From IMG/VR virus record IMGVR_UViG_3300045988_078563: a stretch of 57,623 nt of DNA; one strand, written 5' to 3'. Below are positions 50,536 through 57,623 of the stretch, piece by piece. How positions within the stretch are numbered: the first letter of the stretch is position 1; every line of letters begins with the position of its first letter. This DNA comes from a virus. Made by a program: the position numbers and the translations under genes. A model generated the notes under the pieces. It searched no databases, had not been told where the DNA came from, and saw only the letters and a list, made by a program, of their open reading frames with translations.

Positions 50536-51190
50536 TCATTGTTGGTATAAAAGAGTATGCACTAAGAAATGTTCTGAAAACTGTATAAGATACAGACTTA
50601 TGTATTCTCTCTTTAATCAATCACAACTTCCTGAATCTTTATGGGAATATAAAGATTTAATGTGTAAACAAGATGGAGATATGAAAGCATTTAGAACATT
50701 AAGTGGTATATCCAGTAATATGGAAGATTTTGTAAAGCACGGACATAATTTGTATATTTATTCAGAAAATCCAGGTAATGGAAAAACAAGTTGGGCTATA
50801 CGTTTGATGTATGCCTATTTTGATAAAATATGGCATAGAAGCTGTTTAGATTGCAAGGCTTTATTTGTTAATGTACCAACATTTTTATATAACTGTAAGC
50901 GTTCAATTTCACAGGACGTAAAAGGGTTTGAAGAGCTATGTAACCTTATATCTACTGTTGATTTGGTTATATGGGATGACATTGGAGAAGGTGCTGTAAG
51001 TGGTTATGAACATCAAATATTATTGCAGTATATAGATAGTAGGATAAATTCAAGAAAAACAAATATATATACGAGTAATAAGAATGAAGAAGAGCTTAAT
51101 CTTGTACTTGGTACAAGATTAGCAAGCAGAGTGTATAAATGCTCAAATGTTATAGAATTGGTAGAAAATGATAAAAGAGGTATACTTTAA
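50525..51190 (+). CDS. dnaC: DnaC/DnaI-like helicase loader ATPase
   Basis: Walker A SENPGNGKTS; Walker B DLVIWDDIG. Confidence 0.7.
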   Translation: MDINHCWYKRVCTKKCSENCIRYRLMYSLFNQSQLPESLWEYKDLMCKQDGDMKAFRTLSGISSNMEDFVKHGHNLYIYSENPGNGKTSWAIRLMYAYFDKIWHRSCLDCKALFVNVPTFLYNCKRSISQDVKGFEELCNLISTVDLVIWDDIGEGAVSGYEHQILLQYIDSRINSRKTNIYTSNKNEEELNLVLGTRLASRVYKCSNVIELVENDKRGIL

Positions 51191-52458
51191 TGGTTGAATT
51201 ACAAATAATCAATAAAATATTAAAGGATAAAGATATATCTATACTTGCTAATAATGATATTACAAGAGATTATTTCAACCAGTATCAGGAAGAATATGAC
51301 TACATAATGGAACATAAACAGAAATATGGGAATGTTCCAGACCTTGAAACATTCATAACAAAGTTCCAAGATTTTGATGTGGTTAATGTATCTGAAAGCA
51401 CTGAATATCTTGTTAATACCTTTAGAGAAGAATATCTGTACTCTCAATCCGTTCCAGTGCTTACAAAGATGGCTGAACTATTACAGACAGACGCATATTT
51501 CGCAGTTGATTATCTTAAAAGAGAACTGCCTAACCTACAGATATCTGGTGTGTCTAAGGGTGTTGATATTATAGCTAATGCACAGGAAAGATTAGAAGAA
51601 TGGCAGAATACCAAGAATAGTAGTGATACACATTTCATTCCCACTGGATTTCAAGAGATTGATGAAGATTTAGGAGGTTGGCATAAAGGTGAGGAACTTG
51701 TAGTTTTATTTGCACGAACAGGACAAGGTAAATCTTGGGTATTAATTAAAATGTTAGAACATGCTTGGAAAATGAATTTAACTCCAGGATTATTAGAGCC
51801 TGAAATGTCTGCAAATAAAACAGGATATAGATTTGATACATTACATCAGCATATTAGCTCAACAGCTTTATATCGAGGGGAAGATATAAGAGGTTATGAA
51901 AAGTATATTGATAAGTTATCAGCAAGCAAGATTCCATTCTATGTAGCACACCCAAAAGACTTCAATAGAAAAGTGACTGTCAGTAAGTTAAAAAGCTGGG
52001 TAGAAGCTAATCACATTAATATATTAGCTGTAGATGGTATATCTTATTTGCAAGATGAACGAAAAGAAAGAGGAGATAATACAACAACACAGCTCACACA
52101 TATATCGGAAGATTTAATGCAGTTAAGTATTGATTTAGAGATACCAGTTCTTGTTGTAGTACAGTCCAATAGAGAAGGACAACTAAATGAAGATTTAGAT
52201 TTAACTAATATTCGTGATTCTGATGGAATAGCTTATAATGCTTCTATTGTGTTATCAATACAACAGAAAGAAACTGGCTTACAGATACAGAATATTAAAG
52301 CAAGAAATAGTAGAGTAGGTATCAAATGGGTATATATGTGGGATACAGATAAGGGAACATTTGACTATATACCACAGCCAGAAAAAGGTGAAGAAGATGA
52401 AGAGAAAGCAGAGAATTTAAGACGAAGTTTTAAAGATAAAGAAGAGGAGGAATATTAA
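51190..52458 (+). CDS. dnaB: Replicative DNA helicase DnaB
   Basis: TGFQEIDEDLGGWHKGEELVVLFARTGQGKSW; RecA-like C-terminal domain. Confidence 0.85.
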   Translation: MVELQIINKILKDKDISILANNDITRDYFNQYQEEYDYIMEHKQKYGNVPDLETFITKFQDFDVVNVSESTEYLVNTFREEYLYSQSVPVLTKMAELLQTDAYFAVDYLKRELPNLQISGVSKGVDIIANAQERLEEWQNTKNSSDTHFIPTGFQEIDEDLGGWHKGEELVVLFARTGQGKSWVLIKMLEHAWKMNLTPGLLEPEMSANKTGYRFDTLHQHISSTALYRGEDIRGYEKYIDKLSASKIPFYVAHPKDFNRKVTVSKLKSWVEANHINILAVDGISYLQDERKERGDNTTTQLTHISEDLMQLSIDLEIPVLVVVQSNREGQLNEDLDLTNIRDSDGIAYNASIVLSIQQKETGLQIQNIKARNSRVGIKWVYMWDTDKGTFDYIPQPEKGEEDEEKAENLRRSFKDKEEEEY

Positions 52459-52749
52459 ATGATATTTGTAATTAATAATCTAAAATATGATACTGATAAA
52501 ATGGAACTGATTTCTGAAAAATGTCAATATGTCTACACTTGGGTATTCATATTAACAGATACAAAAATGAGTAGTTATGGAAAAGATGTTAAACTGTGGA
52601 AAAGTAAAAAAGGAAATTGGTTATTAACATATCGTACCGATTATCAGTCAAAAGGAGTTAAACTACTTGAGGAAGATGTTAAAAAGTTATTGATGGAATA
52701 TGATTTACAAAAGTATGAAGAATTATTTGGAGAGCTTGAGGAGGCATAA
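52459..52749 (+). CDS. Hypothetical protein
   Basis: ORF track. Confidence 0.5.
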   Translation: MIFVINNLKYDTDKMELISEKCQYVYTWVFILTDTKMSSYGKDVKLWKSKKGNWLLTYRTDYQSKGVKLLEEDVKKLLMEYDLQKYEELFGELEEA

Positions 52750-52752
52750 ATC

Positions 52753-53739
52753 TTGATAAAACTACAAGATACAATTATACAATCTGATACTCAATCAATA
52801 TTAGATATGCTTAAATTTGACCTAGCTCAACACGGAGTAGATAGATTTCATATTTTCAGAAACAACGGAGAAAATGTTCAAACGAATTGTCCTTTTCACA
52901 AGAATGGACAAGAACGAAAGCCCTCATTTGGTGTAAATGGAGAGATTGATAAATGTCACTGCTTTGCTTGTGGTTGGAGTGGAACAATAGAAGAAATGAT
53001 ATCTGAATTGTATGGGTATCAAGATGAAGGCAAATTTGGCAAAAGATGGCTAATAAAAAGATTCAATACTGTTGAAATTGAAACAAGACCAAATATAATG
53101 GAGGGATTTAATGGTAGACAGATTCATACTTATAATTGTAATAGGCACAATAATATATGCGATAATGAATATAATAGGGATTGTGATAGATATATTGGAG
53201 AATTGGAACTAGACAAATATAGATATATTCATCCTTATATGTATAAAAGAGGATTAACAGATGAAATTATAGAAAGGTTTGACATAGGTTATGACAGAGA
53301 GCGAAAAGAAATTACATTCCCGGTTAGAGACATTGAAGGAAGATGTGTATTTGTTGCAGGAAGAAGTGTCAAAAGCAAATTTTTCAGATTGCCGAAAGGA
53401 ACGGATAAACCAGTATATCAAGGATATAGATTTATCTCTGGCGACTATAAGAAAGCGTATATAACAGAGTCATTTTTAAATTGTTTGACTTGCTGGAAGT
53501 ATAATAAGCCTGCTATGGCTATGATAGGCACTGGAAATCAAAAGCAGTATGAAATATTGAATAAGTTACCAGTTCGGGAATATATTCTTGCATTTGACCC
53601 GGACGAAGCAGGAAGAAAAGCAACAGAACGATTTAGAAAAAATGTACACGGAAAAATTATAAAAGAGCTAGTATACTCAGATAATCGAGATATAAATGAC
53701 TTGCAAGAAGAATTTTTAAATTGCAAAATTATTTTTTAA
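52753..53739 (+). CDS. dnaG: DNA primase (CHC2 zinc finger + TOPRIM)
   Basis: CPFHKNGQERKPSF...CHCFACGWSG; AFDPDEAGRKA. TTG start. Confidence 0.85.
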   Translation: MIKLQDTIIQSDTQSILDMLKFDLAQHGVDRFHIFRNNGENVQTNCPFHKNGQERKPSFGVNGEIDKCHCFACGWSGTIEEMISELYGYQDEGKFGKRWLIKRFNTVEIETRPNIMEGFNGRQIHTYNCNRHNNICDNEYNRDCDRYIGELELDKYRYIHPYMYKRGLTDEIIERFDIGYDRERKEITFPVRDIEGRCVFVAGRSVKSKFFRLPKGTDKPVYQGYRFISGDYKKAYITESFLNCLTCWKYNKPAMAMIGTGNQKQYEILNKLPVREYILAFDPDEAGRKATERFRKNVHGKIIKELVYSDNRDINDLQEEFLNCKIIF

Positions 53740-53746
53740 AAAAGTG

Positions 53747-53775
53747 TTGACAAACATCTTTTTATGTATTACAAT
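53747..53775 (+). promoter_or_regulatory. Early promoter copy P9
   Basis: ttgaca 53747-53752, N17, tacaat 53770-53775, plus caagttaagaga. Confidence 0.8.
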
Positions 53776-53819
53776 ATAATCAAGTTAAGAGATACATAGA
53801 AAGGTAAAAGGTGATTGAT

Positions 53820-53981
53820 ATGTATGATACAACATTATCAAGAAGTAGACATTTATATAAGTGGGTTTCTGATAATAAGGTTATTGCAGATGGATTTACA
53901 AGTCAGAAAAAAGCTATGGATTGGTTAAAAGCCAATAATTTGAAAGGAACTGGTTGTACATTATATGCTTATAAGAACTAA
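53820..53981 (+). CDS. Hypothetical small protein (53 aa, below the track cutoff)
   Basis: Its leader is homologous to that of 15542. AAAGGTG RBS. MYDTTLSRSRHLYKWVSDNKV... Confidence 0.5.
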   Translation: MYDTTLSRSRHLYKWVSDNKVIADGFTSQKKAMDWLKANNLKGTGCTLYAYKN

Positions 53982-54038
53982 CCTACAAATGAATATAAAA
54001 ATAATGTGAAGCGATAACACACATATAAACACTAATAT

Positions 54039-54110
54039 AGCCCTTTCGCCAAGTGGTAAGGCACAGGAGTTTGATTCCTGTATTCGTTGGTTCGAATCCA
54101 ACAAGGGCTG
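54039..54110 (+). tRNA. tRNA-Gln (anticodon UUG)
   Basis: Hand-folded cloverleaf. Acceptor AGCCCTT/AAGGGCT, D-arm GCCAAGTGGTAAGGC, anticodon stem CAGGA/TCCTG with loop GTTTGAT, T-arm GTTGG-TTCGAAT-CCAAC. No encoded CCA. Confidence 0.85.
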
Positions 54111-54274
54111 TTTGTCCTCTGTAGGACAAGTAAATAAATCTGAGAATATATCCCTGGCAGACAAAAGAAAAAGGACCGGATATTAGGAGAATGCGTTCAT
54201 TGGGGTAGACAGGAATAAAGCTGGGAATACTGTCAAAATGGAATATAAGTGATTGCGATGTAATGGGCTTATAA

Positions 54275-54314
54275 TGAATGTTCTGGAGGTTGTTCATTCA
54301 AAAACTAAAACAAC
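54275..54314 (+). promoter_or_regulatory. Predicted H-type pseudoknot in the ssb 5' leader (candidate autoregulatory operator)
   Basis: S1 tgaatg 54275-80 / cattca 54295-300. S2 gttgtt 54289-94 / aacaac 54309-14. An A-rich unstructured tract then runs to the RBS. Confidence 0.45.
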
Positions 54315-54343
54315 TAACATCAATAAGAAAGGAAAAAAGAAGT

Positions 54344-55027
54344 ATGGGAAGAATTAACTATGATGATGTAGACAAGTATGGCGGTTCAGAAAGCGAATTT
54401 TTAAAACTTGAGAATGATGGCGATATGGTAACAGCACAGCTCCTTGTATCTGATATGGAAGATGTTGATATTTATGCTTGTCATCAGGCTGTTGTTGGCA
54501 AGTGGGATGATGGAAATGATAAGACAAGATTTGTAAATTGTCTTAGAAACTATGATGACCCTATTGATGTATGCCCTATGTGTGCCGCAGGATTAAAGAC
54601 ACAGGTTGTAATGATGTTGGCTATGGTTGACCAGCAGGACGCAAAGATTAAGATATGGAACAGAGGAAAGACTTTCATTCCTAAGATTAAGAATCTTGTA
54701 AACCGCTGGGGAGATATGCGTATGCAACCAGTAGATATTATTCGTAATGGTAAGAAAGGTGATAAGAAAACTAAGTATGATATACAGGTATCTCCAGCAA
54801 AGCCTATTGATATCAGTAATTTTGAAAAGCCAGAGTTTTTAGGTGGTTATATTATGGATAAGTCAGCTGATGAGATGCAGGAATATCTTGATACAGGTTC
54901 ATTTCCTGATACAGATAATACAGACACTAATCAGGAAGATAATACACAGGTAAGACGCAGAAACACAGAACCACTTCCATCAAGAAGAGGTGCAAGCAGA
55001 GCAACAAGCAGAAGGGCAGGTATGTAA
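54344..55027 (+). CDS. gp32-like zinc-containing ssDNA-binding protein
   Basis: His/Cys3 spacing CH-x18-C-x10-CPMC as in the T4 gp32 zinc site. KIWNRGKTFIPKI compares with gp32 RFGKKIWDKI. Confidence 0.65.
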   Translation: MGRINYDDVDKYGGSESEFLKLENDGDMVTAQLLVSDMEDVDIYACHQAVVGKWDDGNDKTRFVNCLRNYDDPIDVCPMCAAGLKTQVVMMLAMVDQQDAKIKIWNRGKTFIPKIKNLVNRWGDMRMQPVDIIRNGKKGDKKTKYDIQVSPAKPIDISNFEKPEFLGGYIMDKSADEMQEYLDTGSFPDTDNTDTNQEDNTQVRRRNTEPLPSRRGASRATSRRAGM

Positions 55028-55028
55028 T

Positions 55029-55289
55029 ATGGGTGAATCAATAACAAATCTTTCCCAAACAGCATGTATGATGACTAGTATTTATTATAAAGAACGATTC
55101 AGAGCAGAATATGCACAGGTTGTTATTCGTTATCAGAGGTTAAAAGCTATGCTTGAAAAATGGGATAACGGAGAACTTAGCTATACTCCTACTTGTCCGA
55201 GAAGCACTTATGATATGCAGATTAAAGCTATGACAGATTATATTGCAGTTCTTGAAGCAAGAGCAGTTATGGAAGATATTGTATTATAG
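55029..55289 (+). CDS. Hypothetical protein
   Basis: ATG 55029 lies 1 nt after the ssb stop. The track start 54990 overlaps ssb. Confidence 0.55.
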   Translation: MGESITNLSQTACMMTSIYYKERFRAEYAQVVIRYQRLKAMLEKWDNGELSYTPTCPRSTYDMQIKAMTDYIAVLEARAVMEDIVL

Positions 55290-55298
55290 GAGGATTAT

Positions 55299-57611
55299 AT
55301 GGCATTATCATTCGCAAGACCAAAAAGCAATGATAAGAATATAATTAAAAAATCTAAAACAGTAACCAATAGAACAAGTATTAGGAGCGGCGGAAATAAT
55401 CTAGCCGCTCAAGTACAATCTATAGTTGCTATAGCTAATCAAAAATTAGCAATACATAAAGATGATTATATTCTTATTAGAGAACCTGACCAGTTATATG
55501 AATATATGAAAGAAATGAAGCAAGTTGGGGAGGGTGCATTAGATACAGAAACAACAGGATTAAATCCGTTACTTGTAGATATAGTTGGTGGATGTATTTA
55601 TACTCCAGGACAGAAAGCGGCATATATTCCAATCAATCATAAATCTTATATAACAGGTGTAAGAACTAAAGACCAGTTAGACGAACAGACCGTATCAAAA
55701 ATTATGAAAGATTTTCATAATGATATTAGATGGATATTCCATAACGCAAAATTTGATATTAGAGTATGTCGAAAAACTTTAGGTATTGATATAGCACCAT
55801 ATTGGGATACACAGCTTGCCGCTCAATGTATAGATGAAGAAGAAAGCCACAGATTAAAGGATTTACATTTAAAATACTGCAATAGCAAAGATATAGAATC
55901 ATTGACTTTTGATAGTTTATTCAAAGGAGTAACATTTGATAATATTCCTATTTCTACAGCATATTTATATGCGGCAGGTGACCCAATTAAGACATATGAA
56001 TTATATGAGTATCAAAAGACATTACTCAATAGAAGAGTATTAGCGGGTCCATATAATGTATTTTGGAATATTGAAATGCCTTTGATTCCAGTTGTAGCAG
56101 ATATGGAAGATAGAGGTGTATGTTTGGATTTTGATGTATGTAATAATTTACACGAAAAATATCATAAGATAAGAGAAGAAAGACAGAAGCAGGCTAATGA
56201 AGCAATAGCAATGTATAAGGATGAAATTGATAATTATAAAATGAAACATCCGGATAATAAGTTGTCAGACCCTATATCATTATCAAGTCCTACACAGCTT
56301 GCAATATTATTCTATGATATATTAGGATTAGAAAGCCCTGATAAAAAAGCACCTAGAGGAACAGGTGAAGACATTCTAAAACACTTTGCACAAGGAAAAG
56401 AAAAGAATCTATGTGAAGCTATCTTGGGAATGAGAAACGTGGAAAAATTGTTAGGAACTTATATTGATAAGATGCCAGAAATTGCTCTTAAAGATGGACG
56501 AGTACACGCAAGTTATAATCAGTATGGAGCTAAAACAGGAAGATTCAGTTCACAAGACCCTAACCTACAGAATATTCCTTCACACAATAAAGAGATTAGA
56601 CAGATGTTTAAAGCTCAAGATGGTTATGTTCTTTTAGGTTCTGATTTTAGCCAACAAGAACCTATGGTTACTGCGTATTTGTCACAGGACGAGAAAATGC
56701 AGGAAGCTTTTATAAATGGAAAAGATATATATGCTACAATAGCGGCACTTGCTTTCCATAAGCCTTATGAAGAATGCAAAGAGTTTAGAGAAGATGGAAC
56801 AGTAAACCCAGCAGGTAAGGAAAGACGAGGACAGGCGAAAAGCATCGTATTAGGTATATTATATGGACGACAGATTCCTTCAATTGCAGAACAGCTTGGA
56901 GTATCTACTAAGGAGGCTCAGGCTATATATGATAAGGTTATAGCTTCCTTTCCAGCTCTTGGAAAGTTCATTGAGGACTCACAGGAAATGGCAAGAACTG
57001 AGGGCTATGTGACTACAGCGTGGGGCAGAAGAAGACATTTAAAGGATATGCAGTTAGAACCATATGAATTTAGTTATAGCGGAAAAGTAACTAATTTTGA
57101 CCCTCTGGCTTTTGGAAGTGAAGTATCTACAGAAGTTCCAAAGAAAGTAAAGGATAACTATACTAAACAGCTTCAAAAGGCTTTTGGTTGGAAAAAGAAA
57201 AATGATATAATTCAGAATGCTTTAGCTCAAGGAATTAAAATTAAGGATAATGGCGGGTATATATCACAGGCAGAAAGACAGTGTGTTAATGCAAGGGTTC
57301 AAGGTTCTGCCGCTGACATAACAAAGCTGGCAATGATTGCAATAAATAATGATGAAAGAATGAAAGAGCTTGATTTTCATTTGCTTATACAGGTACACGA
57401 TGAAGTAATAGGCGAATGTCCTATTGAAAATGCAAAGGAAGTAGGAGAAAGACTTTCTTACCTTATGAGAACAGCTCCAACGACATTGATTAAACTTCCC
57501 TTTAAATGTGATGTTGAGATAACTAAAAATTGGTACGGCTTTGCTATAACTCCGGAAGAAATTGAAAATGCTGTAGGATTTAATCCTAACCCGCTCACAG
57601 ATAATAATTAA
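55299..57611 (+). CDS. polA: Family A DNA polymerase with a 3'-5' exonuclease domain
   Basis: ExoI ALDTETTGL. Motif A GSDFSQQEP, motif B RRGQAKSIVLGILYG, motif C QVHDEV. Confidence 0.9.
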   Translation: MALSFARPKSNDKNIIKKSKTVTNRTSIRSGGNNLAAQVQSIVAIANQKLAIHKDDYILIREPDQLYEYMKEMKQVGEGALDTETTGLNPLLVDIVGGCIYTPGQKAAYIPINHKSYITGVRTKDQLDEQTVSKIMKDFHNDIRWIFHNAKFDIRVCRKTLGIDIAPYWDTQLAAQCIDEEESHRLKDLHLKYCNSKDIESLTFDSLFKGVTFDNIPISTAYLYAAGDPIKTYELYEYQKTLLNRRVLAGPYNVFWNIEMPLIPVVADMEDRGVCLDFDVCNNLHEKYHKIREERQKQANEAIAMYKDEIDNYKMKHPDNKLSDPISLSSPTQLAILFYDILGLESPDKKAPRGTGEDILKHFAQGKEKNLCEAILGMRNVEKLLGTYIDKMPEIALKDGRVHASYNQYGAKTGRFSSQDPNLQNIPSHNKEIRQMFKAQDGYVLLGSDFSQQEPMVTAYLSQDEKMQEAFINGKDIYATIAALAFHKPYEECKEFREDGTVNPAGKERRGQAKSIVLGILYGRQIPSIAEQLGVSTKEAQAIYDKVIASFPALGKFIEDSQEMARTEGYVTTAWGRRRHLKDMQLEPYEFSYSGKVTNFDPLAFGSEVSTEVPKKVKDNYTKQLQKAFGWKKKNDIIQNALAQGIKIKDNGGYISQAERQCVNARVQGSAADITKLAMIAINNDERMKELDFHLLIQVHDEVIGECPIENAKEVGERLSYLMRTAPTTLIKLPFKCDVEITKNWYGFAITPEEIENAVGFNPNPLTDNN

Positions 57612-57623
57612 TAAAAAAAAAAG
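57525..57623. repeat. Terminal overlap identical to 1..99
   Basis: Direct comparison of both ends. Confidence 0.95.

Noticed and set aside
54039-54110. Possibility that the tRNA is a suppressor and the phage uses a recoded stop codon
   Set aside because: The anticodon reads TTG (a normal Gln CAA reader), not CTA/TCA/TTA. TAA, TAG and TGA all terminate conserved full-length genes at the expected positions. The single in-frame TGA (23940) is an isolated case.
54275-54316. Resemblance of the ssb leader hairpin (loop starting UUC, tail AAAAACUAAAAC) to a class I preQ1 riboswitch
   Set aside because: No queuosine or 7-deazaguanine genes are present. The loop is longer than in preQ1-I aptamers. 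The ligand-pairing C just 5' of the P1 3' strand is not in place unless P1 is shortened. The gp32-style pseudoknot operator is a better fit to the downstream gene. Only an Rfam/Infernal scan could settle it.

Overview
The window is one complete tailed dsDNA phage genome. Its unique length is 57,524 bp. Bases 1-99 are an exact copy of 57525-57623, a circular-closure overlap that duplicates the 3' end of polA.

Host and lifestyle: the sequence is AT-rich (about one third GC by eye). GGAGG-type RBSs, frequent TTG/GTG starts and sigma-A-type promoters suggest a low-GC Firmicutes host. Every credible gene is on the + strand. No integrase or CI-type repressor was recognised, so the phage is probably virulent.

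Layout:
(i) 46.0 kb through the closure point to 21.5 kb is the early/middle region. Nine copies of one conserved promoter (TTGACA-N17-TACAAT) and hairpin terminators cut it into short operons. It encodes a DNA-modification block: a frameshifted cmoA-like carboxy-SAM synthase, an atypical C5-cytosine MTase, and a helicase plus beta-class MTase. It also encodes a very complete replisome: family A polymerase, beta clamp, tau/delta'/delta clamp loader, DnaB, DnaC-like loader, DnaG primase, gp32-like SSB, and an initiator with in-gene iterons. Recombination functions are RecA, RuvC-like, Hjc-like and Cas4-like nucleases, and two SNF2-type helicases. A sigma factor is also present.
(ii) 21.6-40.9 kb holds packaging and siphovirus-type morphogenesis genes: TerS, TerL, portal, MuF-like, scaffold, capsid, connectors, tail tube, chaperones, a 996-aa tape measure and fibres.
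(iii) 40.9-43.1 kb is the lysis cassette.
(iv) 43.2-46.0 kb is an accessory cluster of odd proteins: Q/N-rich, Gly/Cys-rich membrane, BclA/C1q-like and ferritin-like.
There is one tRNA-Gln(UUG).

The most interesting candidate system is the cmoA-like gene directly upstream of a C5-MTase with altered catalytic and cofactor motifs, which may be a DNA carboxymethylation module. All homology calls are by-eye motif recognition without database searches.
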